Shown: one piece after another, positions 13,006 through 25,473 of the stretch
Position numbering within the stretch: the stretch's first letter is position 1
Layout of the letters: the number at the start of each line of letters is the position of its first letter
Assembly: GCA_000934665.2 (NCBI GenBank)
Contig: JYFJ02003307.1
Coordinates: forward strand, 1-43,756
Direction of reading: 5' to 3'
DNA: 43,756 nt
From: Catajapyx aquilonaris
Taxonomy: Eukaryota
Position numbers and translations under genes: made by a program
The notes under the pieces: generated by a model
The model's database searches: none
Seen by the model: only the letters and a program-made list of their open reading frames with translations
What the model was told of the DNA's origin: nothing

Positions 13006-16000
13006 ATGGATGCGTACCAGCCGCCACCAGTGGACTTCCAGGTCCCGTCTTCCCTGGCCAGCTCCACGACAATGTCCGAGACAGAGGCGGAGATCATCGG
13101 CCTGAGGAAGAACCCCATTTCTGCAGACCAGAGCACAGAGTCCACCCCTCTGCTGCCTTCCTGCAGTTCGGCCCCTGTTGACTTTGGCAGCATACCGAAG
13201 GTGTCCAGCACCCCTGCCATGAGGATGTCCTCCTCCCCTACTCCCAGCCAGCAGATGGGCAGGGAGCACCTGTACATGAGGCCAAGGGCTGGAAGCTTCA
13301 GCAGGGAGAGCATCGAGAAGGGGGAACCGTCAGCCAGGTACGGATGCATCCGTGTGTAGCCATACGTGAGAAATTGTTACGGTGCCATTGCTACCTTGCA
13401 GGAAGCCTTACCACTATGCCATAAGTCAACAGCGCTCATTGGCGGAGGAGAATAACCAGGAGGTGGCCAACTATTCGCGCTTCAAGTATTACACCAAGCT
13501 CAGAGGACCTGCCCCTCAGCAGGACAACGCGCTGGTAATTATTAATAACGCACACCGTTTCATTGGTCTTGCACTGAGGTGGATTCCATTGCAGATGATT
13601 CCAGACCATGTCATCCCAGAGTCTTTCTTCTTCCCGTTCACTCAAGCGCTACAGCAGCACAAACACAGCAGCCTTGTCACTATGTGAGTGGTGTGCCAAA
13701 TGTCGTGTGCCTCTTGACTTAACCCCGTGTTTCCTGCCTGCACAATTGCAGTTTTGCACTGTGGAACACAATGATGGGCACTTCCTTGCTGTCGATGCCT
13801 TGGGCCATCCGCCAAACAGGACTGGCTCTGGGGCTCGCCCTCATGCTATTTATGGGCATCCTTTGCTTCTACACTGCGTACAGGACCCTCACTGTCTTTA
13901 ACACTCACAGTAAGAGCAGTGGCTGCAGGGTTGAAAGGCCAGCAACCCTTTAAACCCTTCCCTCTCGTCGCCAGGTGGTCCTCTGGTGGCTGAGTTTGGG
14001 CAGCTGTGTCAGATGCTTCTCGGCAGAAAGGCAGAGCTGCTGGCCATCATCTTCTCAATCCTCACTCTCATGGGAGCATGCTCCGTCTACTGGATCCTCC
14101 TCTCAAACTTTCTCTACAACATTGTTGACTACCTATACTGTGAGCAACGGCCGCTTTCATAAACTAGTAATAATAACCAGGTTGTGCTCTGCATGCCATG
14201 ACCTCACCCACACGACTGACAGGAACTTACAATCAGTTTGCACATGACTTGTCTGCAATACTATATATGCATGCTCTTATCTAATCAGGAGCAAAATCCC
14301 CACTGTTTACCACAATCCCACCCATTTGTTTATTCCGCAGCTCGATTTGAATACGTTCCTGCAAGCATCATAGTCAATGCGAGCTTCCCAAATGGTGAGC
14401 GGCGTCACGTTCTCTCTGGGCTTCATAACATGTTTGGTGTGGGTGATTATTAGCTAAGGCCACCGTTTCCCTTTCAGTTGTGTGTCCTGCCAACTACACA
14501 ACTGGTGCAGTGAACAACTCGACAGGCATCGACCCTGTAGGAGAGTTCACCGACCTTTACCATCAAGTATGGAACCTGGATCTGACCGTGCCGCTCTTTC
14601 TCGTCATTGTGTTCTTCCCATTGATCAACATGAGGTCTGCAGCTTTCTTTACCAAGTTCAACTCATTTGGTAAGTACAGCATGTCGTGTACGAGGTGCTA
14701 ACACTCAACATTTTACTTGACATAGAGTACACTTGCAAAAGTCCAGAAACAATCTTTAGTAGCATAACCGGCTGCAACATTACATAATAGGTTTTGGAGG
14801 CATACACATTCGGATGGCTTTTCTGGAGTGGCTGAGTTGGTGGGCGTGGAGGTCGTTGCTCTGCGCAAACCCCTTCCCGCACTTGCACACGTAAGGCTTC
14901 TCCCCAGTGTGGGTGCGGATGTGGCGCGTCAGGTTGCTGCGGATTGAGAATAACTTCCCGCAGTGCATGCACAGGTGCGGCTGCTCCTTTGTGTGGGTAA
15001 GCTTATGGCGACGGAGGTGGCTCACATCCGAGAAGTCCTTCCCACACTCACACGCATAAGGCCTCTCTCCCGTGTGGATCCTTGCATGCTTTTCCATGTC
15101 CGCCTTGTGGGCAAACTTTTTCTGGCACGTCTTGCATGAGAAGGGTTTCTCCCCCGTGTGGACTAGCTGGTGCCGCTTCAGGTCGTTCTTGGTGCTGCTG
15201 CTTCTCCTGCAGATTTGGCAGGTGTAGCTGACCTTCTGACGCTGCTTCTTTCTGCCGTCCCTCACTCCATTGCTTCCTTCCTCCTCAGGTGCTTTCTTCT
15301 TCAGGGGCTCATTCTTGCTGCTCTCTTCGACCAGCTGCTCTGCCTCCTTTCCTTCCATCACCTCGGGGCAATTCCAGAAATAAAATACGAGCGCATGTGA
15401 AAATCATTCCTGTCAAACCTTCTCCCCTCCCATTTTGGAGCATGAGGACTCACCTTTCTTTGAATTCCACTGCGCAATGTCTACTGCTCCTGGCAGCCAC
15501 TTTGCCCCAAACGTGCCTCAAGTCATGTTCCGAGAACATTCCAAACCATGAACACAAAAAGGTTCCTGAAGGGGTGCCAACAGCTCATTTATTTTAGCAT
15601 GTGACCTGACATTACTAGTGATGGTGGGTGGCTTATATCTGCTACATGCTCACAAAAGTGATGCTCTCTTAATTAATGTATAACTTGCAATATATTATGG
15701 AACTATATAATTATGGAAAGGTCAGTGACCTTTTGTGATCAGCAGTAGTTTCCAAGCATCGACCTTTTCCACTTTGAAGATTTGCATCAATTTCGCAGCA
15801 GGGAAATGCACTTCATTGCAGTGCAAACCAAGAGCATTGATTCTAAATAATATAATTTTTTAAAGAAACTCGTGGAAAAAAGTGCCGGTACATAAAATGT
15901 AATGCGGACCAACTTACATTTCGTACTTTTACTTTTTGAATGGTGCAATTTATAGGCCACCTATGCCCTTTTTGTTGCCATGTGTCTACTCTATGTTCAC

Positions 16001-17359
16001 GTCACTGCAACAAAATCTGATGAGGTTCCCTTCACATGGCAACGACTCTGATTGAACCCTCTCTCGTCTCTCTCCACAGGCACCATATCTGTTTTGTACC
16101 TGGTGGTCTTTGTGTGCCTGAAAGCGTCCAGGTGGGGCATCAACGTGGACATCCACGACACTGAGTCTCCTGCCTACGTGTCCATGGCGCATGGCAACAA
16201 CGTGGCTACGATGACGGGGACTTTGTCCATGGCCCTCTTCATCCACAACTGCCTAATTACCATAATCAAGAACAACCAGAACCAATCTAAAAACGTACGT
16301 CACAAAAAATCTGGTTGTCATTGGGACCAGGGGGTAAGTCCTCACTCCACTTGTTGGCATGCGCAACAATGTGTGTGCCCGGCCAGCCATGTGAAAGAGG
16401 CTTGGAAGCAAGGAGGTGCAGAAGTTTTGCACTGCTTGTTTGCGCAGGTGGCGGATGATGGTACAAAGACGGTGACACTGCAACAATTGCTCAGTTTGCA
16501 TGTTCAATGTTAGGTGGTGGATCCTGCTGTAGAATTAGCCGTAGCCAATTACTGTGGGAAATTAGTTACGTTTCTAGGTTATAATTCTAGAGTAGCAGCA
16601 TGTGTGTGTGTATTATAGTTAGAATAGAGGAATTTAGAGTAGTGTTAATGGTAACTACTTGTAGCATAGAGTAGTGTAGGTGCTAACAGGGTAATTGGTA
16701 GTAATGTAATTCCATTTCGTGACTCACGTTACTCGACCACGTCATGTTAACCTGTCTGACTGATTGGATTTCCAGGCACGTGACCTGAGTGTGGCGTTCT
16801 TCCTGGTGATCGTCACTTACATGGGCATTGGAACTGCGTTTTATCTCAGCTTCCCCCTGTCCAAAGCCTGCATACAAGATGTGAGCATGTGATCTGCCAG
16901 CTTGAACCGCAGCCACTTGATGCTAGAACTCGCTTGACTTTTTTTCAGAACCTGCTCAACAACTTCCTGAACAGCGACGTGATGTCAGTGGTTGCCCGAT
17001 TCTGCCTGTTCTTCCAGATGACCACTGTGTTTCCAATGCTGATGTACATAATGCGTGTGCAGTTCTTCTGCGCAGTTGGACTTCCTCTCTGGCCAGGGAG
17101 GATCCCCGTCCTCCTGTTCAACACCTCCATGGTGTCGGTGTACGTCCTCTTTGCCATATTCCTCCCCAGGATAGGGACCATCATCCGCTTCTCCGGGGCA
17201 ATCTGCGGGCTCATCTACATATTCACCCTTCCTCCCCTCCTGCACGTCCGCTCCCTCTATCTCAGGAGAAAGCTCAACTGGCCATCAGCCATTGGTCATG
17301 CCCTCATAGGCCTATTTGGAGTCGCCAATCTCGTTTTGCAGTTTGTCGCCCAGCCTTAA
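13006..17359 (+). CDS. SLC38A9: Lysosomal amino-acid transporter / mTORC1 arginine sensor SLC38A9
   Basis: Exons 13006-13337, 13402-13534, 13595-13683, 13752-13909, 13975-14139, 14341-14394, 14478-14669, 16080-16294, 16776-16880, 16949-17359. Diagnostic motifs RFKYYTKL, PDHVIP, SSLVTIFALWNTMMGTSLLSMPW, FFTKFNSFG, LFIHNC, FQMTTVFP, IGTIIRFSGAICG. Confidence 0.94.
14780..15358 (-). CDS. C2H2 zinc-finger protein (5 fingers) nested antisense in an SLC38A9 intron
   Basis: The ORF has five C..C...H...H units with canonical TGEKPF/TGERPY/TGEKPY linkers and lies wholly inside intron 14670-16079. ATG at 15358. An upstream minus-strand donor (AAG|GTGAGT near 15453) suggests a further 5' exon whose coding status I could not resolve. 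Confidence 0.85.
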   Translation of the reverse strand: MEGKEAEQLVEESSKNEPLKKKAPEEEGSNGVRDGRKKQRQKVSYTCQICRRSSSTKNDLKRHQLVHTGEKPFSCKTCQKKFAHKADMEKHARIHTGERPYACECGKDFSDVSHLRRHKLTHTKEQPHLCMHCGKLFSIRSNLTRHIRTHTGEKPYVCKCGKGFAQSNDLHAHQLSHSRKAIRMCMPPKPIM

Positions 17360-17939
17360 CCACTTTTAAGTTTTTAAAGAGAGAAGTGTTGTCCATGTAG
17401 CGTACCTGCACATCGCCTGACTTGCAGAGATTATATATTTACTTGTGATATTATTAATAAAGTTACATATGGGTACCACGAGTTCTTTTTCAAGTGCCAG
17501 TTCTGGTGGCGAAGGCGCAATATCTTCATGTAGCCTTGTAAATGTCCCTTGCGATTCATGAATACGGAGCCAGAGATCGCAACATTTACATGCATGAATA
17601 CAGAAGTTCAGACATGTGATTTTCCAGTTGGAGATGATACTAGGAGCCAATAGCTGACTATACAAGCTTCAATAACTTCTTCAGTTATGACCCCAAATTC
17701 AGGAAAAATAAATTGATAAAAGGGCCAACTTCGGATGCACACACAATAATTGTAAAGTGTGTGTCACTTTTATTCACTAAAAATCATGTGACAATAGCTA
17801 CTGGCTCCTACCAGGTGTGGAGGAAGTAATAAACAGCAGGTGATATGGTTAACGTGACAACTTTTTAATGGCCAGCATTATGTATATTTGTTTTTTTTCT
17901 ATCACAAAGACAGACAGCCAGGCAACCAACCTCTTTTCT

Positions 17940-17961
17940 CCCCCCCCCCCCCCCCCCCCCN
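17940..17961. other. Poly-C run ending in an N (assembly uncertainty or gap)
   Basis: About 21 consecutive C followed by n at 17961. Confidence 0.9.
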
Positions 17962-20008
17962 TCACAGTCGCTGCGTCACCCTGTGCACAATAAGATATAG
18001 GCTCTCTCGTTAGTTTCAAAGAATTCCAGGGATAGAGGGTTGGTTAGCATTAAATGGGGGGGCAGACTGCTTAAATGCACCACTTGCGAAATAAAACTAG
18101 TCGAGACAACACGTCCAAACTGCTTCTAGCTGTCACAAAAAGTCCTGTCAGTATTTTGTCAGGCACTCACCAAGAAGGGGGATTCATATGTATAATATAT
18201 AAAAGAGGAAACCATATATCAAAGGACCTTCGAATAAAAACCCACGGAAAAAGAAGAGGGAAGACCGCACAAAGACACACAAAAAAAGGCCCCGTCAGAA
18301 CTGGTTTCCATTTGATTTGCATATTTTCTTTCCCAATGCAGGGGGTTTAAATTATTGCAACACAAGGACTAGGGGTTATTTACAATTAGACAATAATATA
18401 TATATAACTATTTAGCCCATTTCCACTGCTACAAATAAATTAGTTTGATGTGAATGGGAAGAGGTGGCAGAATGAAGAATCATTGCTGGTATAATATATA
18501 AATTCGATGGTGATATTTACAGGGGGTTAGAAATCTATTGGCGATAATAAAAGGGGGTTGGAGACACCAGCTATTATTATTATTTTTTAACGCATCTCTT
18601 TGGTTTTTGTAGATACTGCTTGAGCCACAATGATCGTTTTTTTTCTTTCTTCTTTTTGGTCCACCACTACCCAAGGACTTGAAAAAAAGAATCCCCCCCT
18701 CCCCACACTTTGACAAGGAAAACTCAAAATAGCTGCGAAATAAGTATGGCCCACAAACAAAAACAATACGCATGGCAACTGCTACTCCTTCCAATTACAC
18801 GTAATACGGAAAATAGCTAACTACAAATTTCTCGTAATGCAGAGAAAAGCGAGAAGCTACCAATAATTTGCTAAAAATCAAACGCAACTGAAAGAAAAAC
18901 TTCCCGATAATAATGTGAGCAAGTTTTCCAAATCCACAGTAAAGTAAAGAATACTGTGCTCAGTACGACTCATCTAATATTGTTGTCCCATTTATTCGAG
19001 ACTCTCCTGGTTCATAATACTGCGCGCTCTTTACGTAATAATTATTCTATTATGCATTATATTATTTCTCTCATGAGCTCAATGATTGTTCTAGCAATGA
19101 TATATTAAACACACTTGCAATCGAAAGCAAGTTGCTACATAGTTGGAGAAAACCCGCAAAACACCTAAGAAACTTAATTGCGAAATTGTTAAAATCGGGT
19201 TTTTTAATTATGCATAGTTGGCTAATAATTAAAACATGCTTTTAAAATTCCCACCCTCACCCCTCACTTTGCACTCATTTCTTCATGTAAACATGCATAT
19301 CAATAAACCATTAAATTAAACTATTTTAAAATGAGGCAGTTACTGACAAAAAACGTGTTGCCAGGGAAAAATGGCTCCTAATATTGTAAAATGACACTGG
19401 AAGCCTTAATAAACGTCACGAAACTCTGCCTCCATCTTACTGACAGCGCAAATCTCGTGACCCAGGTTTTGGCAAATATCTCAGCCTCGTCAGAAGCTGC
19501 TTAATCATTATTATCCAGTCAGTTGGGCAATTATTAAAAATTATGGAAATCCATGTGCATTTAATGTCGCAGGGAAAGAAATCCCAATTATTGTCACTGA
19601 GGGCAATTAATGCCTTCAAATTAATCCAGTGAACTGTTAATTTGAACGTAATCCTGTCGCTTGATTAAACAGAAGCGAGGCAAAATGCCTCTCGATGCAG
19701 AGCATTTTCTCATCAAATATCCAGAACCCTCAAGCACCTCTGAAAACAACATCGACGTCCTTTAGCAAGTGCTCAACCAACGAGCTTTACTTCCAGGGCT
19801 ATAGACTAATGACAGGCCCCACAAATAGTCTCTCTTGCTGTGCCTAATTTCCACAATAAATTTTGTATTATACCTCAACCGATTTTCATCCCCCGAAGTA
19901 ATTTTACAATAAAAACCACGGCCCAACGCACCCTTTCACCCTGCCTGCAAAGATCAGGCTTTTCTTCTTCTCTGTTCACTTCCCGACACCCATACCTGCA
20001 CGTTCCTG

Positions 20009-23000
20009 CTATTTTTTGGGAGAGGACATGAGAACCCTGTCGTTATTCTCTTTCTCCATCTCCTTCTCTGTGAAGTAAACTCTGGTGATTACAATGTCGC
20101 CAGTTGACAGAGTTTGGCTGGATGCCTCAGCTCTGGCAGCCTGGCTTGAATTAGAGGCAGCAAAATGGCATTTGCAGGTGCAACACTGGTTGGCTGAGGA
20201 TGCGTGGGAGGGACTTGACGCGGTGGGCGTACCCTGCGGTTGGGCCGTGGGTGTGGCCAAGAGTGGGTCGTAATCTGGCGCAATCAAGGTGGCAGCAGAC
20301 AGGATGGCTTCCAGGCGGTCTATCTTCTCCATACGGTTCATCCCCTCGTCCTGAAGGATGTCGTCAATCATCTGCATCGACTCCATTAGGCTCGGGGACG
20401 TTGCTGTTTGGCAGCCTGACAACAACAGCAGCCACATTCAGAAAGTTGCTCCTCACAACACTGTTACAAGACCTTTCACAGCCACTATTTACTGAAGAAA
20501 CTTCTGAGGCTACCCAAAAAATGAGATAAAGGTTGTTAGTGGATGGTCAAATGGTACTGACCTGACCCTGAGAGTGAGTTTTCAGGTGAAGTCTGCTCTG
20601 ATCCTGAGTTGCAGCTGTCGAGACTGGGAAAGTCTGATTCTCCATTGACCTCTTCCTCGTCCTCCCCATTCTCATCTTCCTCCCCTGTCCCACCCCCGCC
20701 TTCTTTCCTCCTGTCCAGCTTGTCCAGCTTCCTGGCCACCTTGTACGAACCCCTGAGTCTCTCCCTCTCCTCCTCAGTCAGGTCCAGATACCGCAGCAGG
20801 CGTATCTCCCTATTGGACAGGACTATGGCCCTCTTTCCGGCCCCATTCCCCGCAACGGTAGAGGACAGCTTTGACCTCAGGTCACCCACCTCCGTCTCCA
20901 CTTTCCTCTGCTTCTTCCTCTGCTTGACCTCCACAGGATGAATGTGGGTTGCCACCTGTTCGTCACACAGCTCCTCAAACAGGGGCAGATGCTCCACCTT
21001 CAGAAGCCTGCAATGGATGAAAATGAGAATTTCACCACACTTTAAACTCGACTATCAAAAATGCTATTGAAAACTGACCTGCTCATGGCAGTGTAAACCT
21101 GTGGCACTAGAGCTAACACATCAGCCGCAGCATATGCGACCATGTCCTTGGTGAGAGGCCTCCTGGCCCAGTACCTCTGGTCCCTCCGATACACCCCTTT
21201 GAGCTGGTCCTTGAGCGGGTTGGATGGCGCCTGGAACTGCTCGCACAGGGCGTTGAGACTCACGCTCTTCACCTTGTACACTGGTCTGCCTGTCTCCTGC
21301 ATCTGGAAGACAGCATGGGCTGCCTGCGTGTCAAACACACCTCTTAAGGTCACCCCAAATTGGGAGTGAAGGTTCACGCTGTCATTGCGGCAGTCGTGGA
21401 TCACCTGTGAATTTCAACAAAAAGACATTCAAGAGGTTAATGAGCAGCATTATGCGACTTGCTGAACATGCCAAGCAACGTTCAGTCCGGCACTAACCTT
21501 GACCACTGTTGGTTCCTGCAGGAGTCGGCCCAACCCACCTCCAGTGACAAGATCAGGGCAGGTGAGGAGGTCGAACAGATAGGCACGTCCATCCATAGTA
21601 GCCAGCTGGAGCAGGGTCAGCTGGCCTTTGACCCCAACATTGATCCCTTCACAGTCAAAGGCAACCACCCGGGGCAAAGGCCTCACCATGATATCCTCAA
21701 CCAAAGAGAGGCACTCACGAACAGAGACTACAACACGTGCGCTCTGCAAGGTACGCATTCCTAGGGATGGAGCCGAGATCGGTGCCACCGGTTGTTGGCA
21801 CCTCTCCCGTTCAGTGTTGGCTGCCAATGTCTGGAGGACAACCATGCTGATTCGCTGCTTCAGGGTCTGCTGGTTGTGTGGCGTGGGCGGAGGAGATAGC
21901 GGAAGTGCAGTGGGGGTAGGAAGTGGAGGCAATGGCGGGAGGGACGAAGGTGGGGTATCAGACGACGGTGCAGCCTGGAAGAATGATAACTCGTGTTAAT
22001 GTGCAACACCAGCAACAGTGTTTCCCCAGGCACAAACCTTGACTGGGCTGCCACATGGCATGGATCCCCCATTGCTGGTTGCAGACTCAGTCTTCCTTGG
22101 GCTGACCAATGTGACCAGATTGGACTGAACATGGAAGGTGTTTGAGTACATCTTGAGAAATGTGGTGAGGTCCATTGGCCCTTTGAACAACCTGGCCCAC
22201 TCCTCTTTTGGGAAGCGGGCGCCCATGGCATGGAAGAGCTGGTCCACCAGCATGGGGCCCTTTGCCTGGACGCACTGCTCAAAGAAGGCACGCAGCCTCT
22301 CTGGGACCTCTGGCCCAACCTGACCAGCTCCCTTCCCCTCGACCTCTGCCCTCCAGCTGGGTTGTGGCTCAGGCTGCATGCCTTCGTGCTCCTTGAGCAT
22401 CACCACCCCTTCAGCTACTCCGCCTGGACCTCCATCCTCACCACCACCCTTAACCACAAACACATCTGGATGGCGACTCAGGAACTCCCGAAACTCCTTC
22501 ACATGTTGACCTGATATGTGACGAACTTCTGGGGATGCCTGGTGGATCAAACAAGAGATCCATCAGAAATGTCCATAAAACTGACAGTGACATCCTCCAC
22601 TTAGGGCGGCCGGTTTCACCGAGCTCGGTATATGATAAAACCAGAGTTCTTTCGGGAAATCCCTACATATTTGTATGGATTTTCCTAAAGAAACCTGGTT
22701 TTATCATATACCGAGCTCGGTGAAACCTGCCCTTAAAATGTTAAAATTTTCCATTTTGGATTTTTTTTAAACAGTTATGGGCAAATTCACCTATCACATG
22801 TTACAAACACATGGATTTCAAAATTCACTTGCGTCACACTCTGTGCATGTTACTGCTTCACTTTGGTATTATAATTAGTTACATCCGGAAGTGGAGAATC
22901 TGGTAATTAGGTGTAATTGCATAAGTGAACTTTAATTGCAGGATGAGAGAGAAAAAGAACTCGGCCAGAAGCTCAGTATGATGCGACATTAATTTTCAAA

Positions 23001-24846
23001 CTCCTTTAACTCAGTGCTCCACTTAAATTCATAAAACTGGGTTAACGTCAAAGAGTCACAAAGTATCACAGGCCAAGACAGCTAATTTTTGGAAATTCAT
23101 GGCATCTACAAGGAGTGGAAAGAATTATTTCACCAAGTCTGTTTCCTCAAAATTTGCATCACAACTCCTAAAGGTGCGTTTACATGTGGGTGATTTGACT
23201 AGCAAAGTCTTCGCCGAGGGTGAGTAACCCAAGTAACCAATATTGCTTGAGGCGAAAATCTATTGTAAATTTCAGCCTCGGCTCCGCTTCACTCGTCAAA
23301 TCACCCACATGTAAACGCACCTTTACTTCTGGCTAGTCCACTAGTGAACAACCGGATTAAACTTAATTAACAGATAAACACGTATAGAGGGCAGCTCTTT
23401 GTTCGTCCATGACAATAGGCTTTTAATGCAAGAAACAATATTAGCATGGTGACAGGCTATGACTGAGTAGAACTTTTAATGAGATGGAGACATCCTCCAG
23501 TTCATTCATTCATTAAGCAATCATTTCATTGTACCTCCATTAGGGACAGGGGAAAAGAATGGAGGATGAAGAGGAAGTATGTGGGCAGAAGGAAAGAGGA
23601 CGCTTGCAAATCTAGGTCAGCTTGTGCGGTGCAAACACATGTTGCCGCACAGAGGCTCCTGTCCTCCACACAGACTCTTTTGGGAGGGTTTCTTCCTCAA
23701 ATGTGAAAAGCTGGCAATAAAACAAGAGTAGTTTCAGCCTAATTACCCACACAGATTCCCTACGCAATTCCTACTTTTCAAAGCCATGGGTCAGGGCTTT
23801 ATGGTAAAATCGCCTGACTGACCTGTGACCTGTGACCAAGCAAGCTCTTGATTGGTACTTCTGTGCCAACTCCGTATTGCAGCATCTTTGTCCTGAAGTA
23901 CTGCACGGCCTCCTTGCAGTAGTCCCGTGGGGGAGGAACCACCTTGGTGCGGATGGAAGGTGGGGCCGCTTCCTCCTCCCCCTCCGAACACGGGGCCGTC
24001 CCCGGGCCACTCCCCTCCGCCTCCGCCCCATTCCCCACCACATCTGGATTGCTCACTTGAACGTGGTCACCAGCTATAGCAAAGAGGTAGGGGTACTGCC
24101 CAAGGAACTTCTTCAGGCCTGACTGGGAACCACCTACGGAGCACAGCAAAAAATATTATGAAATAAAATGCCGTCTAAAGTGCGGAAAACCAAAAGACAA
24201 TCTGACGCCATCGTTTCTTACATTGTTGCTTTTTGTTGCTACTAGTTCAGCGATATTGTTCTGTCAGGGTATTTCTGTGGAAACCTTGGCGTCAGATCGC
24301 CGTTTCGTTGTCCGCACTGTATGCAACCTACGGCACTAGGATAAAGGTGTGTTTACATGTGAGCGATTTGACGAGCGAAGTCGTCGCCGAGTAAAGTAAC
24401 CAATATTGTTCGAGGTGAGAGTTGCAATCGATTTTTACCTCCAACAATACCGGTTCCTCAGCGTTGTTATCGCTTGGCGATCAAACCGCTCACATGTAAA
24501 AGCCGCTTAACGTGACACATAAGACAATCAAAGCATCATTATGGTTTCCCTAAAGAGAGGTGAAGTGCGAAACCCAAGTTTTGGTGCGGCTGGCTTAATG
24601 GCTGTGGCAGGTGCAATGAAGCAGCATCCGAGTACCTCAAGTCATGCAGACGACACCGTGCCAATAGTGGCTTAATTGCGACTGGTGATGATTACCTGCA
24701 ATCTGCCTCATCTCCCTGGTGAATCCCTTCGCTCCGAACTGGCAGCTGAGGTCGTGCAGGGTCCTGGATCCCCCCTTGTCCAGGAGCCTCTCCAGGAAGA
24801 AGAGAAGGGTCATGTTCCGGGACAGTTCGTACTGGTCGCTGTCCAT
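20009..24846 (-). CDS. egl: Egalitarian (EXD-family 3'-5' exonuclease-domain RNA transport adaptor)
   Basis: Exons 24846-24696, 24133-23823, 22538-22038, 21974-21498, 21404-21079, 21007-20562, 20415-20009. N-terminus RNMTLLFFLERLLDKG..TLHDLSCQFG..FTREMRQIAGGSQSGLKKFL closely matches insect Egl. Exonuclease motifs VAFDCEG, HDCRNDS, YAAADV. C-terminal dynein-light-chain-type site SSQTLSTGDIVIT. Confidence 0.95.
22601..22736. mobile_element. Short palindromic MITE (Tourist/PIF-Harbinger-like, TTA-flanked GGGC...GCCC ends) in egl intron 2
   Basis: Perfect 33-bp inverted repeat 22612-22644 / 22695-22727 (GGTTTCACCGAGCTCGGTATATGATAAAACCAG), with a partly paired interior and TTAGGGC ... GCCCTTAA ends. 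Confidence 0.7.
23169..23325. mobile_element. MITE, copy 1 of the TAAAGGTGCGTTTACATGTG family (egl intron 2)
   Basis: Perfect 31-bp inverted repeat 23169-23199 / 23295-23325. A related copy lies at 24342-24510. Confidence 0.8.
24178..24319. mobile_element. Degenerate Tc1-like MITE (CAGTGCGG ends, TA flanks) in egl intron 1
   Basis: Left TA|AAGTGCGGAAAACCAAAAGACAATCTGACGCCA versus right TGGCGTCAGATCGCCGTTTCGTTGTCCGCACTG|TA, an imperfect inverted repeat. Confidence 0.6.
24342..24510. mobile_element. MITE, copy 2 (diverged) of the TAAAGGTGCGTTTACATGTG family (egl intron 1)
   Basis: Starts TAAAGGTGTGTTTACATGTGAGCGATTTGAC, shares internal TCGCCGAG and AAGTAACCAATATTG with 23169-23325, and ends TCAAACCGCTCACATGTAAA. 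Confidence 0.7.
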
Positions 24847-25085
24847 CTTTATAATATGTTAATTATTTTTCTGGGAGGGGGGGCTTCCTTCCTTCCTTCC
24901 TCCCGCCGTATGTACAAATTGTGTCGGCCGAATTTAGAGTGTGGTCCCGGGCAGGGCCAAAAGAAATTTTAAGTTGCGGTCCCTACTCCCCCCCCCGCCC
25001 CCAGACCCCGGGCCCTTAAAAAAAAATGGGGAGCGGAAATTTGGAACGTTCAACTCGATTCCGCCATCTTTGATTCCAAGGGGAG

Positions 25086-25311
25086 TGACGTCACGGATGA
25101 CGTCTCGGCCGGGGACAAGCGGAACGCCTCGCTTCAACCACGCCTCGACTCAATTTATTCCGCTTCATTTTTACGCAACTTAATGTCCACAATGTACTAG
25201 CCAGTAAATGCAATTACTTTTCTAAACACGTCCCTCTGGTGGGAGTGTCGCATGATGTCCATTTCCGCCGCTGCCAGAAGTGGCGCTGGTGATCGGCCGG
25301 CGGTGACGTCA
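25086..25311. promoter_or_regulatory. Bidirectional egl/DPM3 promoter region with two perfect CRE palindromes (TGACGTCA)
   Basis: TGACGTCA at 25086-25093 and 25304-25311, plus a near-site TGACGTCT at 25098, in the CpG-rich gap between divergent start codons 24846 and 25474. Function is inferred only. Confidence 0.45.
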
Positions 25312-25473
25312 CATTTCCCTTTAAAACAAATGTTGGTGGATCATTCTTCATATTCTGCGAATATCTTGCTCTGCAAACAGGTAGCCAATTTTTGCAACAT
25401 TGTCCTTCTTATTGGATGGCCACTGATCCTTTTTTTGGGTTTGCAGTTGTAGTGAGGAGGAGGAGAGCAAGTC

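Noticed and set aside
16585..16685. Loose TAGAGTAG repeats in an SLC38A9 intron
   Set aside because: Short, degenerate low-complexity sequence with no definable unit or ends.
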